A stretch of 64,000 nucleotides of DNA, from assembly GCA_965242695.1 (NCBI GenBank), contig CBDESU010000002.1, positions 576,001 through 640,000 of the forward strand, read 5' to 3'. The notes beneath the pieces are model-generated. The model saw nothing but the letters and a program-made list of their open reading frames with translations, did no database searches and was not told where the DNA came from. The first letter of the stretch is position 1. Each line of letters begins with the position of its first letter. This document shows, piece after piece, positions 39,031 through 48,789 of this stretch. The position numbers and the translations under genes are program-made. The stretch comes from Cenarchaeum sp. (GTDB taxonomy: Archaea > Thermoproteota > Nitrososphaeria > Nitrososphaerales > Nitrosopumilaceae).

Positions 39031-39855
39031 CTAGGACGCAGCCACAAGGGACGCATCGGGCGCCGCGCGCCCCGGCGCCCCGATGTACGACTCCATGGCC
39101 CTCTTTTCTGCCGGCGGCGCCTCGGGCACGGCGGGGTACTCGCTGTATTCCGCGCCGTGCACCAGGCGGCCGCCCGAGTGCGGCCTCGGCCCGCCCCACT
39201 GCTTGAAGAACACGGCCGCGCCGTCCCGCCTGCACATGCCGATGAGCGAGTCGACCCACTCTGGGCTGACGGGCCGGCGGCGCGGGCCGCTCTCGCCGCC
39301 GATGATGGCCCAGTCTATGCCGCGCAGGTCCGTTGCGCGGGGAATCTCGCCGATCAGCGGCTCGAAGCTTACGAACCGGACGTGGCACCGTACGCGGCGC
39401 AGCTCGTCGATGCGGCCTGCCGCGCGCCCGTCCTCGACGCTCGTCCCCAGCCACACGTGCGGCGGCACCCGAAACCCGCAGAGCGCCTCGAACCTGGCCG
39501 CAAACTCGGCCATCCGCGCCGGCCGCTTCGTGAGCACCTGGTACGTGTGCCAGCGGGCGCGGATCATCGTGTCAAAGCACCTGCCGACAAAGGCGTCGTC
39601 GGCCCGCTCGTGGAACAGGTCGGACATGCTGTTGACGAATATGCGGCGTGGGCGGCGCCAGCGCAGCGGGCGGTCCGCCTCCGAGTCGTGCTGCGCGAAC
39701 TCAAAGCCGGCCGCGTACTTTGCGACCCCCATGGCCCGCAGCCGCGACGACAGCGCGTCGGCGTAGCAGTTGGCGCACCCGGCCGAGACCTTTGAGCAGC
39801 CCGTCGTCGGGTTCCACGTCGACTCGGTCCACTCGATGCCGGTCGCGTCGGCCAT
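39031..39855 (-). CDS. DUF5131 radical SAM protein, copy 2
   Basis: Same motifs as copy 1 (GCSKVSAGCANCYA); TATA CTTTATG upstream. Confidence 0.93.
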   Translation of the reverse strand: MADATGIEWTESTWNPTTGCSKVSAGCANCYADALSSRLRAMGVAKYAAGFEFAQHDSEADRPLRWRRPRRIFVNSMSDLFHERADDAFVGRCFDTMIRARWHTYQVLTKRPARMAEFAARFEALCGFRVPPHVWLGTSVEDGRAAGRIDELRRVRCHVRFVSFEPLIGEIPRATDLRGIDWAIIGGESGPRRRPVSPEWVDSLIGMCRRDGAAVFFKQWGGPRPHSGGRLVHGAEYSEYPAVPEAPPAEKRAMESYIGAPGRAAPDASLVAAS

Positions 39856-39935
39856 GCGGCGCCGCCGCGGCGCGGGCCATAAAGGTGGCGGCGGGCGCGG
39901 CCGGATACCGAAAGCCTCCGCATCCCGGCGCAGAT

Positions 39936-40682
39936 CTATCCGGTGTAGGCGCACATGCCCATCCGCGGCGAGTTTACCACCGGCAGGTAGACCGACGGGT
40001 CGGCCGGCTCGCCCTCGTGCTCGTGCCTTTTAGAGCACCTCTTGCACATCAGCGGGCTCTGATCGCCCCACACGCACTCTGTGCAGACCAGCGTGGCGGC
40101 CGCCTTGCCGCACGCGCCGCAGTCGAGCTTTAGCTTGCCGTTCCTTGCGACCACCTCCGCTGTCCGCACCATGCCGGCTGCCGAGCACATTCCGGCCGGC
40201 TTGACGACCAGCTCCGTCGTCGTGCCAAAGTCGTACTCGTAGCTGACGGTGCCGCTCTTGCCAATTACCGCCATTGCGTTCTCCTCCATCGTCTTTGTGT
40301 CCGGGCCGTCGCTTTCCTCCTTCATCACCATGTACGAGGTGCCCCGCACCTGGAACGCGCTATAGTGGCCGCAGCACTCCACCCACGTGTGCCTGATCAG
40401 GGCGTCGATGTCCCTGAGCGTGGCCGTCTTGTGGGCGCGGACGTACAGCCAGTACGTAGCGGGAATGTCGTTGGTGATCGCCAAGAGGAATGCGTCCTTG
40501 TCGGCGGCCTTTGCAGCCCTGGCGCCCCTGGCGGCCTTGGTACCCTTGGCGGCCTTGGTACCCTTGGCGGCCTTGGCCTTGGACGCCCCGCCGCCGGAAA
40601 AGTGCGCAAGAAGGTGGGTGCGCATCTTTTTGTCCGTGCTTTCTTCCCCCTTGCAGATGGCGCACTTGCCGGCCGTTGCCAC
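39936..40682 (-). CDS. pRiA4b ORF3-like (IS1096 passenger TnpR family) Zn-binding protein
   Basis: TLRDID..IR..WVECCGH.SAF, YEYDFG, VVNSPRMGMC.Y.G; 18-bp KAAKGT repeats. Confidence 0.8.
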   Translation of the reverse strand: MATAGKCAICKGEESTDKKMRTHLLAHFSGGGASKAKAAKGTKAAKGTKAARGARAAKAADKDAFLLAITNDIPATYWLYVRAHKTATLRDIDALIRHTWVECCGHYSAFQVRGTSYMVMKEESDGPDTKTMEENAMAVIGKSGTVSYEYDFGTTTELVVKPAGMCSAAGMVRTAEVVARNGKLKLDCGACGKAAATLVCTECVWGDQSPLMCKRCSKRHEHEGEPADPSVYLPVVNSPRMGMCAYTG

Positions 40683-40808
40683 GGGGAGCCGCCCGAGGGC
40701 CGTGATAAATAGATGCGGTCTCGGATCCGGCGCACGCGCGGCGGAGGCCAACAGGCTGAGGGGCCGCGCGCCCGCCGCGGCGGCGGCGCCCCGCGGCGCC
40801 CGCAGGGC

Positions 40809-42713
40809 CTACCGCGCGCCCGCCGCGGCGGCGCCCATGTCCCCGCCCGCGGCCCCCGCAAGGAACTCGTCCGGGAACCGCAGCGACTCGAAGAACATCG
40901 GGATCAGCGAGAACGACAGCGGCGAGGAGGGGCCGAGCGCCATGAACGGGTACTTGCGCTCGCCGAGGCTGCTCTCGGGGTCGCGGAACTGCTGGTACAG
41001 CCGCAGCGCGGACGGGTTGCCGCCGATCAGGTCGCCTAGCGCGTCTAGCTCGGATCCCCACGCAAGGCCGTACCCGAAAAAGTACATGCGCAGCTGGCTG
41101 ACGATCTCCCTGTCCAGGCTCGCCAGGGTCTGGCTTACGAACATCCAGCCGAGGCCGTACTTGCGGGTCGTGCGGACCGCGTCGCGCAGCGTGGCCCTGA
41201 GCGGCGCAAGCTCCGCATCGCCGTCGTCGCCGCCGCCCCCGGCAGGCCCCCTGCCTAGCGGGCCGCGCGGGGCGAACCGGTGCGCCTCGTCCAGCACGAC
41301 GAGCGTGTTGAGGCCGCCGCCCCTCTCGGCGTACCTGCGCCGCGCGGCGGCGACGATCTCGTCGAGCGTGTGGTTGACGACGATCGCCCTCACCTCGTCG
41401 TTCCAGAACAGCTCCTCGGGCGCGCTCGTCTCGTCCAGGTCGAGCACGACGGCCGCGCCGTCCCCGCGGCCCATCTCGCCGACGACCTCGGAGACGAACC
41501 TCGTGCCAGACATCTCGGGCCGGCCAAACAGGAACAGCACGCCCTGCCACGCCGCAAAGTTGTCGTCGCTGTCGGCCGCCTCGAGCGACAGCAGGAGCCG
41601 CTCGCGCGTCTGCTGGCTTGCGTATATGCGGGTGGCCGCCGGATGCACCGTCTCGCCCGAGGCCGACCGCCGGGCGTGCCCGAGCCGGTTGATCACGTAC
41701 GAAAAGGCCTCGCGCGCGTGGGCCGACGAAAGCGCGATCCCGTCCGGATACCTGCCGTGCCCCGCGTCGTACCGGCCCGACAGTATGGTCCACACCTCCT
41801 CGGCCGCGTACCCCTGGTTCTCCTCTGCCTGCACGCCGATCCTGCGCAGCAGCCCAGACCTGACGAGCAGCCGCATGAACAGGTCCCTGTCCGGCCGCAG
41901 CAGCAGGCCGTGGAGGCTGTGCACGCGCACGTCCCTGCCCATGCCCCGCAGGTGCGGCGCAAGGGCGGGATCCCGGACCGTCCGGGCAAACTCGCCCTGC
42001 GGGTCGAGCACGACGAACGACATGCCGCGGTGCCGCATGTACGACAGCAGGATCATCTTTGCCAGGACGGACTTGCCCGAGCCGGTCTTGCCGAATATTC
42101 CGACGTGCGAGGCCTCGCCCGTGCCCCCCTCCTCGGGCGGGCCAAAGTGGCGGAACCAGCTCGGCATTGCGACTGCGCCGCCGGCCCCCGGAACGCGCCC
42201 GATCGACACGGTCGCCCCCGCGCACGGCGCCGTCAGGGCGGCGAGCGCCCCGTCGGACGCGATCCTGACCGGCGTGCCGGTCGGGGGGACCGTCCCCATC
42301 GAGCCCTGCCGTATGCTCCCCTGCCCGTCCTCGACAAAGACGGCGCTGACGAGCATCTCGGCCGCGTGGACGTCGTGGCCGCCCGTTATGGGGTCGACCG
42401 TGCCGTGCTACCGTATGAGCCCCTTGAGGGTTGGGTCGCGCATGAAGGGGTTCTCGAGGACGACCTCGGTGACCTGGCCGAGCGCGTACGCAGTGCGACC
42501 GTCCTGCCCGAAGCGAAGAATAGCAAGGGCGCCGGCGAGCGAGCGGGCCGCCTTTGAGCCGAGCACGTCGACGGACAGGCGCGACGTGCTCGACGGCGAG
42601 CCGACGACGCCGATCTGCTCGCCCGCGTCGACGGCCTCTTGCGGCGCGGTGGCCGGGGCGGAGGGGCCGCTTCCGCCGTCTTCGACGCCGTTGCCGTCTG
42701 CCACAGGCCTCAC
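40809..42713 (-). pseudogene. herA: HerA helicase/translocase (HAS barrel + ATPase) with in-frame TAG
   Basis: IGVVGSPSS..ALGQVTEV..N; GKTGSGKS, LDPQGEF, VLDEAHRF, RKYGLG...SQ; TAG at 42408-42410 is in frame with both halves. Confidence 0.85.
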
Positions 42714-44017
42714 GTCCTGTACCCGCGCGCGGCTATGTAAAGCTCGGCTATGCCCATGCCGTCGCCGGCTGCCGGCTGCCCCGGCCCCCACGTGCGGGAC
42801 ATGGCCGAGACCGCGATCCCGCGCATGGCAGGCAGTGCCCGCGGCAGGCTCTTGGCCATGCGGTCTGCCATGTACACCGGATACGGCTCCATCAGGCCCG
42901 GCCCCGCCGACTGCAGGCGGACCGCCTCTAGGAGGGCGCCTGTGCGATCCCTGTCGTCGCCGGCGCCGGCATCGCCGGCGCCGATCCCTCCCAGCTCCAG
43001 GCGGATCGCCGGCGAGTAGCTGTGCGGCCTATAGTACAGCACGCGGACGGCGTTGACGGCATCTGCTATCGCCTCTGCCAACGATCTTGTCCGCGGCCCT
43101 CCCGGAATGCGGCCGGACAGCAGGCGGCCGCCGGACGCACTATACGCGGCCCGCCCCGGCGCCGGGCGCCCGGGGGCAAGGGGCCCCACGTACTCGCCCG
43201 GCTCCAGCACTAGCGAGAGCAGGCCCCTGTCGTCGAGGTTCGGCAGGCCGAGCCGCTCGCATATCTCGCTGCGCTGCGAGTACTTTGCGACCGCGGCGAT
43301 CGTCTGCCCCGGCGGCCCAGAGGGGGCGTCGTCCTTGCCGGTGCCCGGCGCGAGCATGCGAAGGTATCCCGACAGCGTCCGCTCGATCGGGCCGAACCGG
43401 ACCCGGCCGCCATCCTCGTCTTCGACGCCGCCGCCGGCCTCGCCCTCCTCCAGGTAGCGGGCCAGCGACGGCGGGCCTCCGCCGCGCTGCCTCAGCGCAA
43501 TGTCAAGGGAGATTGCCGGCGTGGCCAGCGAGCCGTCGACAAACACGACGTCGTGCGGGGCAAGGGATGCGAGCTGCACCTCCATGGCCGACATGACGGC
43601 CCTGGCCGAGACCGGGTTCGCATCGTCGTGGGCCAGGCTCTCGACGTGCACAAAGTGGCGCGGCCTCGGCCACAGGCGCGCCGGCGGGCCGCCGGCGGGC
43701 CGCCGGGCCCCCAGGCCCTCGACCGCCACGGCCCCCATCGCCACTATGTCGGTTGCAAGCATGCGCTCGGCGCAGTGCGAGCCGTCGACTCCGGCCGTAG
43801 AGGGAGGCGGCTCGGGCCTCGGCAGGTCCGAGTCGCGCCCGAGCAGAGGCGCGAGCGACTCGCGGACCGAGCTGCGCATCGACCTCATCGAGGAAATGTC
43901 GTCGGCCAGGCCGCCGGCAAGCCTGCGCGACGAGCCGAGCATCTCGCGGACCATCGCCTGCGGCAGGTCGGCGAACGGCTCGGCGGCGGGGGAGGGCCCC
44001 GCATCGTAAAGGCTCAC
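42710..44017 (-). CDS. nurA: NurA-domain nuclease
   Basis: AGVDGS, MEVQLA, VFVDGSL, AVAK, EPYP.YMADRMAK; GTGA overlap with herA. Confidence 0.85.
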   Translation of the reverse strand: MSLYDAGPSPAAEPFADLPQAMVREMLGSSRRLAGGLADDISSMRSMRSSVRESLAPLLGRDSDLPRPEPPPSTAGVDGSHCAERMLATDIVAMGAVAVEGLGARRPAGGPPARLWPRPRHFVHVESLAHDDANPVSARAVMSAMEVQLASLAPHDVVFVDGSLATPAISLDIALRQRGGGPPSLARYLEEGEAGGGVEDEDGGRVRFGPIERTLSGYLRMLAPGTGKDDAPSGPPGQTIAAVAKYSQRSEICERLGLPNLDDRGLLSLVLEPGEYVGPLAPGRPAPGRAAYSASGGRLLSGRIPGGPRTRSLAEAIADAVNAVRVLYYRPHSYSPAIRLELGGIGAGDAGAGDDRDRTGALLEAVRLQSAGPGLMEPYPVYMADRMAKSLPRALPAMRGIAVSAMSRTWGPGQPAAGDGMGIAELYIAARGYRT

Positions 44018-44153
44018 GGGGCACCATTCTGAGCGCGCAAGATATGCGTTGCGATCGGGGGGAGGGGAGGGCCCAGGCCGGCCCCGGGAAGCCCCGCATC
44101 GTCCCCGGCACACGGCCCCAACCGATAAAGCCGGCCGGGGGGCGCGGCGCGGC

Positions 44154-44966
44154 GTGTCCGGAAAGGGGCGGGGCAGGCAGGGCGCGGATCGGGGCGGCGG
44201 CGCAGAGGCGCCGGCCAGGCCCGTGGAAAAGATGCTAAAGAGGGCCGTGCGCCTGTCCAAGTCCGGGCGGCACGTCAAGGCCGGGCGGGTGTGCAACGAC
44301 ATTCTCGAGGCGGATCCCGGCAACGTAGGGGCCATGGTAGTCAAGGCCATCGAGGCCATGGCGTCGAACGACCCAAAAAATGCCGCGCGGTGGTACGACA
44401 GGGCGCTGGAGGCGGATCCCGGCGATGTCGTGTGCCTGGCGGGCAAGGCGATGGCGCTCAACATGCGGGGCAGGCACAGGTCTGCCATGAAGTGCTGCAA
44501 CGAGGCGCTGAGGACGGATCCAGACGACGTTGATGCCAACAACGAAAAGGGCCTCGCGCTCAAGAACATGGGCAGGTTCGACAGGGCCCTGCAGTGCTAC
44601 GATCGAGCGCTCGCGGCCAGCCCCGGCAATACGGTGGTCATGTCGAACAAGGGCGTGGCGCTGATGATGAAGGGGCTGCACGAAGAGGCCGTTGCCTGCT
44701 ACGACAGGGCCCTAGCAGGCAATCGCCGCGATGCCGCCGCCGTCTTCAACAAGGGCGTGGCGCTCGGCCACCTTGGCAGGCGCGAAGAGTCGCTCCGGCA
44801 CTTTGGCAGGGCCATGGCCATCAACCCCGCCCTCATAGGTAAAAATATAGGCGTCGTCCTGGACCATATGGGCGCATCCGAGGAGGAGTGGAAAATCGTG
44901 ATGGGCGGGGGCCGCGCCGGTGGCCGGAAGCACGGCGGCCGGAAGATGCTTGGAAGGAAGAGATAG
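44154..44966 (+). CDS. TPR protein (tandem copy A)
   Basis: YDRAL..DP..A..NKG.AL repeats. Confidence 0.92.
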   Translation: MSGKGRGRQGADRGGGAEAPARPVEKMLKRAVRLSKSGRHVKAGRVCNDILEADPGNVGAMVVKAIEAMASNDPKNAARWYDRALEADPGDVVCLAGKAMALNMRGRHRSAMKCCNEALRTDPDDVDANNEKGLALKNMGRFDRALQCYDRALAASPGNTVVMSNKGVALMMKGLHEEAVACYDRALAGNRRDAAAVFNKGVALGHLGRREESLRHFGRAMAINPALIGKNIGVVLDHMGASEEEWKIVMGGGRAGGRKHGGRKMLGRKR

Positions 44967-45209
44967 GCGGCGCCCGGCCGTGCCGCCGTGCGCGCAAGAC
45001 TCCTCGCTTTGCGGCGGGCAGGATCGCCTTCGCCGCGGGCGCCGCCGGCATCGCGTCGTTGCTGCCGCCTCCGCCGCCGCAGGCAGGCGCAAGCATGCGA
45101 AGGTGCCCCTGCAGCGTCCGCTAGATCGGGCCGAGCCGGGCGCGGCGCGGCATCCTAGGCAGGCCCTACAGCATCCCCTGCCCCCAATCCCAACCGATAA
45201 AGCCTATGG

Positions 45210-46061
45210 GTGGGGCGGCGCGGTGTGTTTTGGAGGGGCCGAGGCAGGCGGGAGGCGGCGCAGCGCAGCGCGGTGCCGGCCAAGTCTGTGGAAAAGATGC
45301 TAAAGAGGGCCGCGCACCTGTCCAAGTCCGGGCGGCACGCCGAGGCCGGCGCAATGTGCGACAGGATTCTCGAGGCAGACCCCGGCAGCGCAGTGGCCAT
45401 GGAGATCAAGGCGGGGACGGCGGTGTCCTTGGGCGACCCAAAAAACGCCGTGCGGTGGTACGACAGGGCGCTGAAGGCCGACCCCGGCAACGTCGACTAC
45501 ATGGCGGCCAAGGCGGCGATCCTCAACTTGCGGGGCAAGCACAAGTCGGCCATGAAGTGCTGCAACGAGGCGCTGAATATCGATCCCGACAACGAGTATG
45601 CCGCAGGCGAAAAGGGCCTTGCGTTCAAGAACATGGGCAAGTTTGACGATGCCCTGGAGTGGTACGATCGCGTTCTCGCCGCCAACCCGGACAACATTGT
45701 GGTCGTGGCGAACAAGGGCGTGGCGCTGATGATGAAGGGGATGCACGAAGAGGCCATCGAGCACTACGACAAGGCCCTAGCGGCCGATCCCCTCGATGCC
45801 GCCGCCGTCTTCAACAAGGGCGTCGCCCTCGGGCACCTTGGGAGGCGCGAAGAGTCGCTCCGGCACCTTGGCCGGGCCATGTCCATCGGCCCCGCCGGCA
45901 TACCAGACATGGTGCGCCGCGCCCTAGGCCAGATGGGCGCATCCAAGGAGGAGCGGGAAAGCGTAATGAGCGCGGGCCTCGAGGGGGTCGGGATAGTGGG
46001 CGGAAGGAAGATGCGCGGAAGGAAGATGCGCGGAAGGAAGATGCGCGGAAGGAAGAGATAG
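45210..46061 (+). CDS. TPR protein (tandem copy B)
   Basis: Paralog of copy A; C-terminal 15-bp GRKMR repeats at ~46000-46057. Confidence 0.92.
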   Translation: MGRRGVFWRGRGRREAAQRSAVPAKSVEKMLKRAAHLSKSGRHAEAGAMCDRILEADPGSAVAMEIKAGTAVSLGDPKNAVRWYDRALKADPGNVDYMAAKAAILNLRGKHKSAMKCCNEALNIDPDNEYAAGEKGLAFKNMGKFDDALEWYDRVLAANPDNIVVVANKGVALMMKGMHEEAIEHYDKALAADPLDAAAVFNKGVALGHLGRREESLRHLGRAMSIGPAGIPDMVRRALGQMGASKEERESVMSAGLEGVGIVGGRKMRGRKMRGRKMRGRKR

Positions 46062-46259
46062 GCGGCGCGCCGCGGGGGCGCAGCCGGCGCCCGGACGTGC
46101 CGCGCGAGGTAGCCGGCGGCGCCCGGACGTGCCGCTGTGCGTGCTGGGTGTCGCGTTTTGGTGTGGGCAAGATGCACGCTCCACGTTGCCTGCGTCACAA
46201 GACCAGTGTGATCAGTCTCAACCATACGGCCGCATATGAATAAATGTCACCCGTGTGCA

Positions 46260-47458
46260 GGCACGCCGTGTCGAATACCATGACCATGAAGATCAACCCG
46301 GCTGTCCTTAGATGGGTAATGGACAATGAGGGCTGGGAGGTCGACGAGCTTGCGGCGGAGACGGGCCTGGATCCCGAGCGCATGCGCAGATGGACCACCG
46401 CAGAGTCGTATGTCAGCCTGCGTGACCTGAAAAAGATGTCGTCTAGGTTCAGGCGTCCCATGTCGGTGCTTCTCATGGCAGAAGCACCGACTACCACGGT
46501 TCCCAAGTACAGACGGCAGGGCGGGGATGCTATGGGGACTAGGCTATCCCGGCCGGTTCTCGAGGTGATCCGGAAGGCGCGCTTCGTCCAAGACAACGCT
46601 GCCGAGCTGCTTGACGCAATGAACAAGGATGCCAAGCCGAACGTTCGCAGGGCCACACTAGACCAGAGCCCCGAGTCGGTAGCGGCAGAAAACGCCGCCG
46701 CCCTCGGAATAGAGCCCCCCCGGCGCACGGGCCAAGGAGAGGAGAGGGACAGGGCAAGGTACAGGATGATCAGGGGGAAAATCGAGTCGCGCAACGTGTT
46801 TACCATGCAAGAGAAGATCCCCGAGGACGGAATGGCAGGGTTTGCGCTCGTGGACACCAAACCTGCGATCATACTAGTCAATGGAGGCGATCCTTTACGG
46901 CGTCGAATATTTACAATTCTCCACGAATACGCTCATGTCCTTTTGGACGATGGCAGCGTCTGTCCTACAAGCGGTTCTCCGGCAGACAACGCAGGAGGCG
47001 AGATCAAAATTGAGCGTTGGTGTGATAGATTTGCAGGTGCCGTGCTCATGCCCATGGACAGGTTCAAAGCTGAGCTCAAGAATGCACATAAAAAAGCAGG
47101 CGGCGATCCCCTTCAGGCAGTAACTGATCTGTCGGATAGATTTTGCGTAAGTAGAACGGCGGCCATGGTACGCTCTGTGCACGCAATTGACGACGCTAGC
47201 CTTAGAACGAAGTATTCTCGCTGCTATGGGGCGCTAAGCCAAAAATCGGAGGAAAAAAGCAAAGCAGAGAATGACAAAAACAAGCCTGTTCCCGTGAAGC
47301 AAGCCGTTAGCTGCCTAGCTAAGAAAGGGCATTTATATGCCAACCTAGTCGCAGCTGCATCCAAATCGGGAGCCATCACGACGAGTACAGCCCTCGACTA
47401 TCTCGAGATCAGGCTCAAAAATCTTGATGATCTCAAAATGCGGTGCGGAGGCGACTAG
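46260..47458 (+). CDS. XRE-HTH + ImmA/IrrE metallopeptidase, copy 3
   Basis: INPAVLRW, FTILHEYAH, ERWCDRFAGAVLMP; lower GC. Confidence 0.92.
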
Positions 47459-47460
47459 CG

Positions 47461-47934
47461 TTGCAAGACTATGTCGCAGATACAAGCTCATTAATCAACC
47501 TACAACAATACTATCCCAGACCTGCATTTTCAGCACTTTGGGATAATGTTGGATCTCTAATAAGGGAGGAGAGGATGGTGGCTCCAATGCAAGTTTTAAA
47601 GGAATTGGAATCTAAAGACGACGATCTTCTAGGGTGGGCTAGGCAACACAAAACAATGTTTCAAAAAAATAAAAACGTTGATATAAAATTTGCAACTATG
47701 TTGGCAAATAAATATAGTACTATGAGAAATAAAAACGTAGCTGTGGAAAGGGCAGATCGCTATGTCATCGCACTAGCTCACCGTCTAACGCACGGAAGAT
47801 TGGGTGGTAAATGGGTAGTAGTGACAGAAGAGGGAGACGGGCTAAGCCAAATTCCCCAGATTTCAAAATCGTATGAAGTAGATTACTGCAAACTAGTAGA
47901 TGTCATAGTAGAGGAAGGGTGGTCATTTAGGTAG
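47461..47934 (+). CDS. DUF4411 PIN-domain protein (intact)
   Basis: YVADTSSLI, VLKEL, ADRYVIALA, VVTEE, QIP; AT-rich. Confidence 0.9.
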   Translation: MQDYVADTSSLINLQQYYPRPAFSALWDNVGSLIREERMVAPMQVLKELESKDDDLLGWARQHKTMFQKNKNVDIKFATMLANKYSTMRNKNVAVERADRYVIALAHRLTHGRLGGKWVVVTEEGDGLSQIPQISKSYEVDYCKLVDVIVEEGWSFR

Positions 47935-48063
47935 CAAGAATAGGAAGTCGCAGTGCGATCATGCGTTGTGCATCGGCCCGGATCTCGCCGGCGTAGCGCA
48001 AACGACTGTCCGAGGGCCCTAGGGCCATGACCTACGTGCATATGTTCGCATGCGCCGCCCCGC

Positions 48064-48789
48064 TCACCGCGATATCCTGTACTTCTTCCACCGCCGGCTG
48101 TCCAGGCTCATGTCCATGGTGAGCGGCGGGCCCGAGTACTCGTCGATCGTCATCGGCTGCACGTCCGGGGTCGTGATGCGGGCAAGGTCGAACACGGATA
48201 TCCTCTCGTCGCCCACTACGTGGACCGTCCCCGTCAGCCCGGCGTCTAGCACGTCCGATATGCCCTCGGCCACGCCGTCGGCGAACAGGTACGTGCCGAA
48301 CCTGTCGGTAAACGCCTTTGGGTACGGCCACCGCTCCTTTGCGACAAAGTTGGTCCGCACTATGAGCGGGTCGGCGAGGCGGCCCATCTCGTGCTCGCCG
48401 ACGAGCTTTGTCAGGGCGTAAAAGTTCTCGGGGTACGGCACCGAGTCCTCGTCGTACATGCCCGTGTGCCCGTCGAACACGCATGCCGTGCTCACGTAGC
48501 AGAACCGGGCCGGCTCCGGCATGCCGAGGACCGCGTCGACCAGGTTGCGCGTGCCGAGCACGTTCGTCCTCCAGGCCAGCGGCCTGTCCTCCTCGCACGG
48601 CCGTATCCCGGTCAGGGCCCCGCCGTGTATGACGGTCTTGATCCCGGGGTGCGCCCCAAAGTACGACAGGACGGCGGCGCGGTCCGAGACGTCGAGCTCG
48701 GCGTGCGTCGGGGCGAGCGCGCCGGGGAACCGCCGGCGCAGCTGCGTGCCGAGCGCGCCAGACCCGCCGGTGATGAACACGGAGGTCAC
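48064..48789 (-). CDS. dTDP-4-dehydrorhamnose reductase-like SDR (RmlD-like)
   Basis: ITGGSGALG, VSTACVFDG, YALTK; GTGA-coupled to the upstream gene. Confidence 0.88.
   Translation of the reverse strand: MTSVFITGGSGALGTQLRRRFPGALAPTHAELDVSDRAAVLSYFGAHPGIKTVIHGGALTGIRPCEEDRPLAWRTNVLGTRNLVDAVLGMPEPARFCYVSTACVFDGHTGMYDEDSVPYPENFYALTKLVGEHEMGRLADPLIVRTNFVAKERWPYPKAFTDRFGTYLFADGVAEGISDVLDAGLTGTVHVVGDERISVFDLARITTPDVQPMTIDEYSGPPLTMDMSLDSRRWKKYRISR

Noticed and set aside
38945-39454. Apparent fusion or extension of ORF 37796-39454
   Set aside because: An alternative frame of the DUF5131 gene; the helical protein starts near 38944.
42408-42410. Pyrrolysine or genome-wide amber recoding
   Set aside because: TAG is the normal stop of many core genes here (pcn, lysC, tfs) and no pyl genes are present.
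44018-44569. Apparent N-terminal extension of NurA
   Set aside because: Antisense to the TPR gene; the real start is near 44017.
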